Shown here one piece after another: positions 27,870 through 37,267 of a stretch of 64,000 nucleotides of DNA (the stretch's first letter is position 1; each line of letters begins with the position of its first letter). Below the pieces are notes generated by a model. The model did not search any database and was not told the DNA's origin. It worked only from the letters and a program-made list of their open reading frames with translations. The stretch lies in the NCBI GenBank assembly GCA_028279755.1, contig JANQNB010000011.1, positions 4,501 to 68,500 of the forward strand, given 5' to 3'. Origin of the DNA: Candidatus Nanoarchaeia archaeon (GTDB lineage Archaea > Nanobdellota > Nanobdellia > Woesearchaeales > UBA525). The position numbers were made by a program, and so were the translations under genes.

Positions 27870-28691
27870 TTGTTTCTGAACGTTATGACACCTGGCTGTC
27901 CAGCAGAAGCGCTTGCCGAGTTCCGACGTGATCAAAGCGATATCGAACAGCTCTTTGCCTATGGGGTCGCGATCAAGGATTGGCAGGACGAGGTGAAAGC
28001 AACTCGTTCTGACCTGCTGCCAACCTTGTACCAGACAGGCCTGGTCACAACATCTGCACGACGCTTCCTGAAGTCAGTGCTGCTACCGCTGGAAGTGCAA
28101 GGCATCTTGGAACCAGGTCAGCGCGTCCTGGAGATGGGCTCTGGGCTCGGCGGCATCGCAATGCTCTTCGCACTGGCAGGATATGCTGTGGAGGGATATG
28201 ATATCAACTGGGCCTCGCATTGCATTGCCCGTCGGGTGCTTGATCGTCTCAACGACAGCTTGGACAGCGCTCCTTTAGACTGCAACCTCCATTTTGGCAG
28301 TTATTTTCCTGCAGAGAACATCGCGCTTCGCGACTGCGGCAGGAGTATGGCTGAGGATCTCGAAGATAAATACATCAGGCTTTTTCCTGGTGATGATGAC
28401 TATGTCTTTCCGATTCTAGGTTCGCTGACAGCGCGCGATTACGAGGATTTTGACGTCTTTTTCAACTATGCCTGGGATGACCAGGTTGCCAGTGTGTGTG
28501 AACTGTTCTCGCTCTACGCACCGCGTCACGGCGTCTTGATCATGATCGATCCTGCTCGTGACGGCGTGCTTGAAGAACACTATTATGACCTGTTCGGCAT
28601 CGAGCAAGTGGCGCCGTTCGCTTACCAGAAAGGCTCGCTCTCAGATGATTCTGTGCTCTCAGATGATCCGATTATCATAAATTTTAAATAA
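27870..28691 (+). CDS. Putative SAM-dependent methyltransferase-like protein
   Basis: VLEMGSGLGGIAMLFALAGYAVEGYDI resembles a Rossmann motif I. Confidence 0.5.
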   Translation: MFLNVMTPGCPAEALAEFRRDQSDIEQLFAYGVAIKDWQDEVKATRSDLLPTLYQTGLVTTSARRFLKSVLLPLEVQGILEPGQRVLEMGSGLGGIAMLFALAGYAVEGYDINWASHCIARRVLDRLNDSLDSAPLDCNLHFGSYFPAENIALRDCGRSMAEDLEDKYIRLFPGDDDYVFPILGSLTARDYEDFDVFFNYAWDDQVASVCELFSLYAPRHGVLIMIDPARDGVLEEHYYDLFGIEQVAPFAYQKGSLSDDSVLSDDPIIINFK

Positions 28692-28765
28692 TAGCAATAT
28701 AGAAAATAATTGAGAATAATTATCATAAGCTTTAAATATCATTAATCACTACTTGCAGGTGAAAA

Positions 28766-29107
28766 ATGATCAAAAAAATCATCAGTCTCGTATTGATCGC
28801 GTTCTTCGCACTCATGACGCTTGCAACCAGTGTGAGCGCGTACTACTACGGCCCGTATGGGCGCGTCTACGGCTACGCCTACAGTGCAGGCGGCTACCCC
28901 GTTTACAACATGCACCCGCATGCCTACGGTCCGCGAGGATGGGGTCATTATGGCCCGTATTATCACGGTGGCTATCTCTACCCGCACCACGGCTATTACA
29001 ACAGCTACCACCAGTGGTATCCGAACCACTACTGGCGTGGCTACACGCCCTGGTACCACAACTACTGGCCATACCAGTACAGGGTGTACCAACGCTGGTA
29101 CCCGTAG
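28766..29107 (+). CDS. Secreted Tyr/Gly/His/Pro/Trp-rich low-complexity peptide
   Basis: Signal peptide MIKKIISLVLIAFFALMTLATSVSA, then ~88 aa containing about 25 Tyr plus many G/H/P/W. Preceded by an ~80-bp AT-rich island and GGTGA 6 bp before the ATG. Confidence 0.6.
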   Translation: MIKKIISLVLIAFFALMTLATSVSAYYYGPYGRVYGYAYSAGGYPVYNMHPHAYGPRGWGHYGPYYHGGYLYPHHGYYNSYHQWYPNHYWRGYTPWYHNYWPYQYRVYQRWYP

Positions 29108-29109
29108 AA

Positions 29110-29688
29110 TCAGAACGCTTTCTCTAAACGTTCAATCTTATTCCTTGTTTTCTCGAGTTTGTCGTTCGCCTCTTTCACCAGGAAACCGATGAACTTCTCC
29201 GGCACGAACAACGCGCCTTCACGCGCGATAGGGACATCGATCCGCTCAGAGGTCGTTGCTTCGATCATGATCCTGGGGCTTGTACCTGTGACGCCGCTGT
29301 GTTTCCACCCTGTGGCTTTGCACAGCTTCAGGAAGCGATCGGCTGCATCCATATCCCGAGCGCAGACATGGAGAATGGCGCCTTCCATCCGGAACCACAC
29401 TGTCGGCTCAGGAAGATTCCCCAACGCCTCCTCCACTTTTCCCTTTTCTACCTCGCCATGCGAAACAAACAGCCATTCGCCTTCATGCTTCTTGCCAGAG
29501 TTTGGCTCGACAAAGAGATCGATGCGACCAGCGCACGAACTCGTGGTATAATAGTCATCATGCGCGTTGATCGCGTCAAGAAGGGCGGCAATTTCCTCAT
29601 CAACATTGCCTTTCTTTGATCGATCCTTGCTCGCTTTCTCTAATTCACCCAGGTATTTCCGCTTTTGGGCTTCGAATGACACTGCCAT
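29110..29688 (-). CDS. taw3: tRNA wyosine-derivative methyltransferase Taw3 (TYW3 family)
   Basis: YYTTSSCAGRI signature of TYW3, ~190 aa. Confidence 0.8.
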   Translation of the reverse strand: MAVSFEAQKRKYLGELEKASKDRSKKGNVDEEIAALLDAINAHDDYYTTSSCAGRIDLFVEPNSGKKHEGEWLFVSHGEVEKGKVEEALGNLPEPTVWFRMEGAILHVCARDMDAADRFLKLCKATGWKHSGVTGTSPRIMIEATTSERIDVPIAREGALFVPEKFIGFLVKEANDKLEKTRNKIERLEKAF

Positions 29689-29707
29689 ATGCCATGGGAG
29701 GTAATAA

Positions 29708-29717
29708 TTTTTTATAA
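29708..29717. promoter_or_regulatory. Palindromic TATA (TTTTTTATAA) shared by taw3 (-) and a methyltransferase (+)
   Basis: 20 bp from minus ATG 29688 and 22 bp from plus ATG 29739. Confidence 0.55.
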
Positions 29718-29738
29718 TGGTAAGGATTTGACACTGGC

Positions 29739-30287
29739 ATGACGCCGGAAGAACGCTTCGCCAGGTTCAAGAAGATCAGGGAGCACTTTCACACCCTTGA
29801 CAGGGAACGGCTTGAGAAGGGACAGCTCGCGATGGGCGAAACCTCGCATGGTTTCTGGGGCACGACGAACATGAACGACGCGTACGAGCTGTTCAAACGC
29901 ATCAAGCTCGACGAGAAACAAGGCTTTGTCGACCTTGGTGCAGGCGATGGGCGCATCGTTGCGATCGCCAGCCTGTTCACCAACGCGGTCGGCGTCGAAG
30001 GCGACACTGATCTGGTGAAAATCGGAATTGAGGCTAAAGACTCCTTGGGCATGGACATCGACTTGAAGGAGAAAGATTACTATGACGAGGATTTATCGCA
30101 GTACGACGTCGTCTTCATGTTCCCAGACAAGGAATACGACGCCCGGCTCATCGGCAAGCTCCTCGCTGAGAGCAAGGGCACGCTGTACATCTACAACAAT
30201 ATCTATTTGCCGCCGGGATTAAAGAAGGGAAAGACCATCTGGATTGAACAATTGCCGGTTGCCAGCTATCCTTTGGATTCTAAGTGA
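29739..30287 (+). CDS. Small class I SAM-dependent methyltransferase
   Basis: VDLGAGDGRIVAIASLF motif I, 182 aa. Divergent from taw3. Confidence 0.6.
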   Translation: MTPEERFARFKKIREHFHTLDRERLEKGQLAMGETSHGFWGTTNMNDAYELFKRIKLDEKQGFVDLGAGDGRIVAIASLFTNAVGVEGDTDLVKIGIEAKDSLGMDIDLKEKDYYDEDLSQYDVVFMFPDKEYDARLIGKLLAESKGTLYIYNNIYLPPGLKKGKTIWIEQLPVASYPLDSK

Positions 30288-31177
30288 GGAATATACTGCT
30301 GCAGACTCTTCATCGCGATGTCGAAGTCATCACCAATGTAGGAGAGCGACGCACCACCATTATGCGGGTCATACATCTGGTTAAGAGCACGCACGCTCAA
30401 TACCTTTCTTCCTGAAGCAGCAGCAGCGATATGCACAGGTGCGCTATCGTGGAAGATGCCTTGCCAGTCGCGCTGCAACAGGAGATGGTAGATTGCTGCG
30501 TCCTGGCGGAAGGAAAGGTGATCTCGTGCTTCTCCGCCACCAAACTCGCTGATGATTCCCTGAAAGCTGCTGAGCGTGAACTCATCTCTCACAAGGCTGG
30601 CGTGTAGGTTAAGTACCTCAAAGCCTTCACCAAGCAGACGTTGTTCGATACGGTAATCCACATCGTCATACTCCTGCCTGAACGTCGGGGTGATGATCAC
30701 CTGTGGAACGACGCCTTGGTATGCGCGAACAATCTCTACCCACTCGTTTACATGGAGCGCTTTGTCATCCCGTTCGTGCGGCAGGTTTGGACATATGACT
30801 AGATATTGTTCAGCTGGATCCCACCCAACTTCCTCAAGGGTTTGTGCCATCAATGCAAGTTCCATATCAGAGAAGAACATCCTCGTTGGGATGGAGGGGT
30901 CTTTGAAGGCATTTGCCACTGTTTCACTGATGTCATTCTCTTGGTCAGCGAGACAATGATCGAGATGATACCAGAGATCCTCGCGAAAGTCCGCACTTGG
31001 GTGATGTCGCAAAATAAGGCGTGCGAGTCTTACTGGTTCTGGTTTGGCTGAGGGATCATATACGACACCGATAGGACCTCTGTCAGAGGGGATTGAGGCG
31101 AACATATTTACCTGATCACCAAGGCCTGCTGCAGTGCTGCTTACAAAATTCAAATCGACAATAAGTGAATTATCCAT
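30266..31177 (-). CDS. Glycosyltransferase family 9 (heptosyltransferase-like)
   Basis: C-terminal FHDSAPVHIAAAASGRKVLSV matches the GT9 (D/S)SGxxHLAAAxG block. 303 aa. Confidence 0.6.
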   Translation of the reverse strand: MDNSLIVDLNFVSSTAAGLGDQVNMFASIPSDRGPIGVVYDPSAKPEPVRLARLILRHHPSADFREDLWYHLDHCLADQENDISETVANAFKDPSIPTRMFFSDMELALMAQTLEEVGWDPAEQYLVICPNLPHERDDKALHVNEWVEIVRAYQGVVPQVIITPTFRQEYDDVDYRIEQRLLGEGFEVLNLHASLVRDEFTLSSFQGIISEFGGGEARDHLSFRQDAAIYHLLLQRDWQGIFHDSAPVHIAAAASGRKVLSVRALNQMYDPHNGGASLSYIGDDFDIAMKSLQQYIPHLESKG

Positions 31178-31199
31178 GGAAAACAGTGGATTGCACGTA

Positions 31200-31207
31200 T
31201 TTATAAA
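31200..31207. promoter_or_regulatory. TATA (TTTATAAA) for the GT9 gene
   Basis: 23 bp upstream of minus ATG 31177. Confidence 0.5.
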
Positions 31208-31282
31208 TATTTACTTACTTATGAGTGATGAAATTATACTGTCCAAATACGTTGCAGGACACAGAGCTATCAATCATAAGAT

Positions 31283-31290
31283 TTATAAAT
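31283..31290. promoter_or_regulatory. TATA (TTTATAAA) for psmB with a ~55-nt leader
   Basis: 87 bp upstream of ATG 31377. The leader contains the near-palindrome GGTGGGATTCCACGAGGTGGAATGGC and GGTGG 8 bp before the ATG. Confidence 0.45.
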
Positions 31291-31376
31291 GGCCAGGCGT
31301 TCACACGTTGTAGATAAATCCTTCTCACCGACGTGTTATCATCAATAACTGGTGGGATTCCACGAGGTGGAATGGC

Positions 31377-32003
31377 ATGACAGATCAGGAACGATTAAAG
31401 ACTGGGACAACAACAGTCGGTATTCTCTGCAAAGATGCCGTCGTGCTCGCAGCTGACCGGAGAGCCACTGCAGGGCATCTGATCGTCGACAAGAAAGTCG
31501 AGAAAGTCGTGCCAGTCACCGACCAGATCGCGGTCACCACCTCCGGCAGCGTCTCAGACCTCCAGCTCCTGTTGAAATACCTCAAGGCAGAGCTCAAGCT
31601 CCGCAAGATCAGGACAAGCAGGGAATCCACAGTCAAGGAATCAGCGCATCTGCTCAGCGCCTGGGTCTACCAGATCCTCAGGAGCCAGATGGGCGTGTGC
31701 CACTTCGTGCTCGGCGGCTATGACAAGGAAGCGAAGCTGTACGACATCTTCCCTGACGGCAGCCTGACAGACATCAACGACTTTGTCGCGAGCGGCAGCG
31801 GCAGCGTCATCGCGTACGGCCTGCTCGAGGACCAGTACAAGGCCGACATGACTGCTGAGGAAGGCGTGCAGCTGGCGCTCAAGGCAGTCAACGCCGCGCT
31901 CCAGCGCGACAGCGCGAGCGGCAACGGCATCACGATCTACATCATCAACCAGGACGGCATCAAGCGCGAGCTCGAGAAAGAACTCAATACGCGCCTGGTA
32001 TAA
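31377..32003 (+). CDS. psmB: Proteasome subunit beta
   Basis: Propeptide followed by TGTTTVG (active-site Thr after cleavage). 208 aa. Confidence 0.9.
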   Translation: MTDQERLKTGTTTVGILCKDAVVLAADRRATAGHLIVDKKVEKVVPVTDQIAVTTSGSVSDLQLLLKYLKAELKLRKIRTSRESTVKESAHLLSAWVYQILRSQMGVCHFVLGGYDKEAKLYDIFPDGSLTDINDFVASGSGSVIAYGLLEDQYKADMTAEEGVQLALKAVNAALQRDSASGNGITIYIINQDGIKRELEKELNTRLV

Positions 32004-32037
32004 CACTTTTCCGTACGTCTATCATTGTAGAAAAAAG

Positions 32038-33939
32038 GTGAACGTTTTGTCAGAGATTATCGACGAGATCATGAAACATCTCTCTAAGGAAGACGTCAGC
32101 GACGTCGCGTTCGAGGGCGCCAACATCGTGCTCTACACCAAGAAGAAAAAATTCTTTCTCGAAGACCAGGGCCGGATCCGCGAAGTCGTCAACCTGATCA
32201 AGAAACGCATCGAACTCCGCCCTGACCCCAAGATCATCATGGACGAGGACGAAGCAGAAGAGCGCATCAAGGCGATCATCGGCAAGGAAGCGGCAGTCTC
32301 GCAGATGTTCTTCGAGCACGAGCGCAGTATTGTCACGATCGAAGTCGAGAAGCCAGGCATTGCGATCGGCAAGCGCGGCGAGAACCTCCAGCAGATTAAG
32401 GAAGAGACCTTGTGGGTGCCGGTGGTCAAGCGGACGCCTGCCATTCGGAGCGAGATCATCGAGAGCATCCGCGCCGTGCTGTACGAGAACAGCGATTACC
32501 GCCGCAAGTTCCTGCACAAGACTGGCGAGCGTATCTACAACGGCTGGCTGCGCCAGAAGAAAGAGGAATGGATCCGTATCACCTACCTTGGCTCTGCGCG
32601 TCAGGTCGGCCGTTCCGCAATCCTGATACAGACGCCGGAATCACGCGTCCTGCTTGACTGCGGCCTCGATCCCAGCGGCGGACCAAACCCCTACCCGTTC
32701 CTTGAAGCACCTGAATTCCGGATCAATGAGCTTGATGCGGTCATCGTGAGCCACGCGCACCTCGATCATTCAGGTTTCGTCCCCTACCTCTACAAGTTCG
32801 GCTACCGCGGCCCGGTCTACTGCACCGCTCCGACGAGGGATATCATGTCCTTGCTGCATCTTGACACTGTGAAGATCGCGCGCAACGAAGGCCAGGAGCC
32901 GATCTACACCAGCGACGAGATCAAGGAAGTCGTGAAGCACACGGTCACGCTGGACTTCGAGGAAGTCACTGACGTGACACCAGACGTTCGCATCACCTTC
33001 CACAATTCAGGGCATATCCTCGGCAGCGCTATGGTCCACATCCACATCGGAAACGGCCTGCACAACATCCTGTATACGGCTGACCTGAAATACGCGAAGA
33101 CGCAGCTGCTCAGCCCGGCAGCAACGCAATTTCCGCGCTTGGAGACCTTGATGATCGAAGCGACCTATGGCGGACGCGACAATGTCCTGCCGCCGTACAA
33201 AGAACAGGACGAATTCCTCGTCGATCTCATCCTGCGCACAATAAAGCGCGGCGGCAAAGTGCTCATTCCAACACTGGGAAGCGGCCGAGGCCAGGAGATC
33301 ATCGTCATGCTCGAAGAGCTGATCCGGAAGAAGAAACTGAAAGAAGACATCCCGATCTACATCGACGGCATGGTCTGGGACATCACCGCGATCTACACTG
33401 CATACCCAGAATTCCTCAACAGCACAGTGCGCTCGCAGATCTTCCACAAGGACAACAACCCCTTCCTGATGCCGAACATCCACCGCGTCGGCTCGCAGAA
33501 GGAACGCCAGGAACTCATCGAAGAAGGCGCGCCCTGCATCATCCTCGCAACCTCAGGCATGCTTGTCGGCGGCCCCAGTGTGCAGTACCTGCGCGAACTT
33601 GCCGACAATCCTGACAACAGCCTGATCTTCTCTTGCTACCAGGCTGAGGGCTCGCTGGGAAAGATGATCAAGGACGGGCTCAGCGAAGTGAACTTCAAGA
33701 ACGGCAGCAAGATGCACACCGTTCCTGTCAAGCTCGAGGTCGCGAAGATCGAGATCAGCGGCCACGCCGATCGCCGCGAGCTCATGAACTTCGTGAAGCG
33801 CCTCAACCCGAAGCCGCGAAAGGTCCTGATCAACCACGGCGAGCAGAGCAGATGCCTGGATTTGGCACGCAGCATCCATCAGCAATTCAGGATCGAAACC
33901 CTTGCGCCGCGCAATCTTGACGCGATCCGGGTCCGGTAG
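32038..33939 (+). CDS. fttA: aCPSF1 / FttA: KH-KH, metallo-beta-lactamase, beta-CASP ribonuclease (transcription termination factor)
   Basis: 633 aa with N-terminal KH domains, HAHLDHSG MBL motif and a beta-CASP C-terminal. Confidence 0.9.
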   Translation: MNVLSEIIDEIMKHLSKEDVSDVAFEGANIVLYTKKKKFFLEDQGRIREVVNLIKKRIELRPDPKIIMDEDEAEERIKAIIGKEAAVSQMFFEHERSIVTIEVEKPGIAIGKRGENLQQIKEETLWVPVVKRTPAIRSEIIESIRAVLYENSDYRRKFLHKTGERIYNGWLRQKKEEWIRITYLGSARQVGRSAILIQTPESRVLLDCGLDPSGGPNPYPFLEAPEFRINELDAVIVSHAHLDHSGFVPYLYKFGYRGPVYCTAPTRDIMSLLHLDTVKIARNEGQEPIYTSDEIKEVVKHTVTLDFEEVTDVTPDVRITFHNSGHILGSAMVHIHIGNGLHNILYTADLKYAKTQLLSPAATQFPRLETLMIEATYGGRDNVLPPYKEQDEFLVDLILRTIKRGGKVLIPTLGSGRGQEIIVMLEELIRKKKLKEDIPIYIDGMVWDITAIYTAYPEFLNSTVRSQIFHKDNNPFLMPNIHRVGSQKERQELIEEGAPCIILATSGMLVGGPSVQYLRELADNPDNSLIFSCYQAEGSLGKMIKDGLSEVNFKNGSKMHTVPVKLEVAKIEISGHADRRELMNFVKRLNPKPRKVLINHGEQSRCLDLARSIHQQFRIETLAPRNLDAIRVR

Positions 33940-33971
33940 CTTTTTATTTCATTCTCGACCCCTTCGCTCGT

Positions 33972-35540
33972 ATGGACGTCAAGAAAACCACGTGGATTAA
34001 GAATTTCTCTATCAATCGTGTTGGCTATCTCTTGGTGGAAAGTGTCTGGTCGCGCGAATGGCCGATCAGCCAAAAAGCGACGTTTGGAAAGGAAAAACCG
34101 CTGATATTACAAAACGGCATCGTCTTGGATTACAAAGGCGTTGATTGCCTCGGAGCCTACTTGCCAGAGCCAGAACTCGCACAACTCATCGATACGACCA
34201 TCAAGCTCATATTTGAAAAGCCTGAACAAGTCCTGGCATTGCACAAGACAATCTACGATGACCTTGACAAGGTATTCGCTTTCGTGAAGAACGCGCTTGC
34301 AAAGGATCATGCGAAACTCTCTGACAAAGAGCTCGAAGAGATATTCAACGAATTCATGGAACACAAGGTGAACATCCATCACAAGCCCTTGGTGACCACA
34401 TGGTTCCTCGACAGCTACGGCGAACGATTCAGCAAACGCTTACTGGAGGAAACTAAGAAATTTGTCACTAAGACCGGTAGCGAAAAGGATTTTGCTGAAG
34501 CATTCAGCCTGCTCACGACAAAGCCGGCAAACAGCATGCAATTCGAAGAAGAACTTGACGCGCTGCGCGTACTCAAGCTCATCGTCGGCAATAAGGAATC
34601 CAGAGACGCAATCCTGAAACTCACAGACTTTTCCCGGATTCCTGAAGCAGTCCCAGACAAGATCAAGGACACGATGACAGCCCATTGCGAAAAATGGTGC
34701 TGGACCCCATTCGGATACATGGACACGCCATATGACATGAGCTATTATCTCGAACGCTGGAAAACCCGTCTCGAACAGGAAATCGATGTCGATGCAGCGA
34801 TTGCGGAATTGGAAGGACGGCCAGCGCGCGTGCAGAGGGAACGGACGGGCCTTGCCAAAGAACTTGGTGTCGACCAGCACACGATGCAGATCTATGACAT
34901 CGCGGCAGACATCGCGTACCTGAAAGGCTATCGCAAGGACGCACTCTATTACATGTGCTATCTCCTCGATAAGATATACGCCCAGGCACTCCCACGTGCA
35001 GGTCTTCAGAAGGAGGACGAGCACCTCATGATCTTATCAGAACTCGAAACGCTCTTCGCTGGCAAGGATGTACCGTCGGCAGCTGAGCTGAAGAGACGAG
35101 AAGGACGCACTGTACTTGTTGGGGATGAAAACGGCCAGATGACGTTTCTTTATGATGAGGATGCCGCGGCCTACATGGACGCGTTGCCGATCATCAAAGA
35201 GGATGTTGATGCAGCAGCGAACCAGCTCCACGGCACCTGCGCCTGCAGCGGAAGCGCGAAAGGCACGGTCAAGATCATCAATGCAGTGAGCGACATGCCC
35301 AAAATGAACCAAGGCGACATCCTCGTCAGCCACACGACTTTTCCCAGCCTCGTGCCTGCCATGGAGAAGGCAGCGGCGATCATCTCAGAAGACGGGGGCA
35401 TCACCTGCCACGCAGCCATTGTCAGCCGAGAACTTGGAACGCCCTGCGTGACTGGTGTGAAGACTGCGCTCAAAGTACTGAAAGATGGTGATGTCGTCGA
35501 AGTGCGGGCGAGCGAAGGAAGAATAATCATAGAAAGATAA
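33972..35540 (+). CDS. PEP-utilizer phosphohistidine (swivel) domain protein, paralog of 8896..10524
   Basis: C-terminal GGITCHAAIVSRELGTPCVTG. N-terminal helical domain shares blocks with the 8896 protein. Own TATA-like CTTTTTATTTC 22 bp upstream. Confidence 0.7.
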   Translation: MDVKKTTWIKNFSINRVGYLLVESVWSREWPISQKATFGKEKPLILQNGIVLDYKGVDCLGAYLPEPELAQLIDTTIKLIFEKPEQVLALHKTIYDDLDKVFAFVKNALAKDHAKLSDKELEEIFNEFMEHKVNIHHKPLVTTWFLDSYGERFSKRLLEETKKFVTKTGSEKDFAEAFSLLTTKPANSMQFEEELDALRVLKLIVGNKESRDAILKLTDFSRIPEAVPDKIKDTMTAHCEKWCWTPFGYMDTPYDMSYYLERWKTRLEQEIDVDAAIAELEGRPARVQRERTGLAKELGVDQHTMQIYDIAADIAYLKGYRKDALYYMCYLLDKIYAQALPRAGLQKEDEHLMILSELETLFAGKDVPSAAELKRREGRTVLVGDENGQMTFLYDEDAAAYMDALPIIKEDVDAAANQLHGTCACSGSAKGTVKIINAVSDMPKMNQGDILVSHTTFPSLVPAMEKAAAIISEDGGITCHAAIVSRELGTPCVTGVKTALKVLKDGDVVEVRASEGRIIIER

Positions 35541-35545
35541 AAGGT

Positions 35546-35755
35546 TTATTTCCGCTCGTGCGGCAATACTCGTTTTACGTCGATAGGGATGACGCCCTTC
35601 TCGAATTCGCGCTTCGCGATCTCGACAGGATTGTACGCCATCGCCTCCAGCTCCTTCTTGGAGAGCTTCAGCAGGACCGGAGCGCCCTGGCTGATCTGCA
35701 ATGCGCGCGAGCCGATGATGCGCGCACGTTCGTACTTCGAGTATTTGTCAGCCAT
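35546..35755 (-). CDS. rpoK: DNA-directed RNA polymerase subunit K (Rpo6)
   Basis: 69 aa with the [14 protein letters not shown] RpoK/omega motif. Confidence 0.85.
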   Translation of the reverse strand: MADKYSKYERARIIGSRALQISQGAPVLLKLSKKELEAMAYNPVEIAKREFEKGVIPIDVKRVLPHERK

Positions 35756-35759
35756 TGTC

Positions 35760-36542
35760 TCACCCCAGTTTCTTCCGCAAGGTCTTCGCAGTCTTGAGCG
35801 CGAGGTCGATCATCTTGTTCAACTCCTCGCTTGTCAAGGTGGCGTTGCCGCCTTTCTGCATCGAGCACAGCTCGCCGCCCTCGAGGGAAGCGACAGTCAA
35901 ACGAGCGTCTGCCGCTTTCTCTTCAGCAAAGGTCGGATCGACCAGCAGGTTATCGCCGATCTTCACGACTGTCACCGGAATCGGGACGCAGCTCAGCTTC
36001 AGCCCTTCCTTGGTGTGCTCGTGGTAATCCGGTTGCCCGTCCACAAGCTTCGGGAAGCGAGCGCTCTTCAGCGCCGCCATCCCAGCGAGGCCGCCGAGAT
36101 CGATGAGGTTGCCATCGTGGTTCAACGGACACACGTCCACATTCACCATCCAGACCTTCTCACCGGCTTCGATGCACAGAGATTTCTCGTCGATGCTCTT
36201 GCTCTCCCGGATACCACGGTCGATGACGCGCGAGGCTTCGATGCTGTCGATGCTCGGCGGACCGATCTCAAAGTCCGGGTTGCTGGTCGGCCGTAGCTCG
36301 GCATTCACCATGAGGGTGCCGGAATCCGGACGGTCGCTGTAGGGCTTGCCCACGTCGATCTTCACGCCGACGATGATGTCAGTGGCGCCGCACGTGATGC
36401 GGGCGCTGCCTTCGGCAGTCGAGGAAACGCCTGTCTCTATCTTCAACTCTCGGAACTCGTCGAGCTTCCGGCCGTCAAGACGGTAGCCTTTCTGCAGTGC
36501 CTGGTTGATATGTTCTTTCAATGCTTGATCCATCGTAATCAC
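35760..36542 (-). CDS. rrp42: Exosome complex component Rrp42
   Basis: RNase PH-like fold without catalytic residues, 260 aa. Conserved position after rrp41. Confidence 0.88.
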   Translation of the reverse strand: MITMDQALKEHINQALQKGYRLDGRKLDEFRELKIETGVSSTAEGSARITCGATDIIVGVKIDVGKPYSDRPDSGTLMVNAELRPTSNPDFEIGPPSIDSIEASRVIDRGIRESKSIDEKSLCIEAGEKVWMVNVDVCPLNHDGNLIDLGGLAGMAALKSARFPKLVDGQPDYHEHTKEGLKLSCVPIPVTVVKIGDNLLVDPTFAEEKAADARLTVASLEGGELCSMQKGGNATLTSEELNKMIDLALKTAKTLRKKLG

Positions 36543-37267
36543 TCCACCTTTGCTGCCGCATCGGCATATCGCTGCTTGATAGCTGCGCGCTGCGCGTCCG
36601 CGATCGCATCGAATGCGGGCTTTGCCTGCTCGATCGCCTGGACGAACTCGTCCTTCTTGACGCGGCCGTCCATCTGCACAAGCGAGATCTCGCCAGTCGA
36701 GGGAACCATCGCAAGGGGAATGTCAGCGACATCGCCTTCTTTCCAGGCTTCCTCTTCGTAATCGAGATCGACCACTTTCATGCCGTCGACGACGCCCACA
36801 GCGACTGCTGCGACAACGTCGCGCATCCGCAGGCCTGCGTCGGCAAGCGCGATCGACGCCGCGCTGATCGCGGCGCATCGGCTCCCGGCATCGGTCTGCG
36901 GCAGCTCGACAAAGACGTCGACAACCGCGTTCGGGAACGCTTCGAGGTCAACGACTGGCAAGAGCGCCTTCTCCATGACCATGCTGATCTCTTTCGAGCG
37001 TCGGCTCGGCCCTGGTCGGACGCGATCGCCCTGGCCGCTGAACGGCATCATGTTGTAAGCACAGCGGAGCTTTCCTTGCTTCGGGTCCTGCTGGCTCCTC
37101 GGGTGGAGCTCGCGCGGCCCATAGACTGCGGCGTATGCTTCTGTATCGCCGATCTTGAAATAGCCGCTGCCGTCAGCATTGGGGATGACCCCTGCTTTCG
37201 CAATGATCTTCCGGGTCTCGCCCGGTTTTCTTCCATCGTGTCGTTTCTTGTATGCCATGATCATCAC
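36539..37267 (-). CDS. rrp41: Exosome complex exonuclease Rrp41
   Basis: RNase PH domain, 242 aa. 4-bp overlaps with neighbouring genes. Confidence 0.9.
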   Translation of the reverse strand: MMIMAYKKRHDGRKPGETRKIIAKAGVIPNADGSGYFKIGDTEAYAAVYGPRELHPRSQQDPKQGKLRCAYNMMPFSGQGDRVRPGPSRRSKEISMVMEKALLPVVDLEAFPNAVVDVFVELPQTDAGSRCAAISAASIALADAGLRMRDVVAAVAVGVVDGMKVVDLDYEEEAWKEGDVADIPLAMVPSTGEISLVQMDGRVKKDEFVQAIEQAKPAFDAIADAQRAAIKQRYADAAAKVE

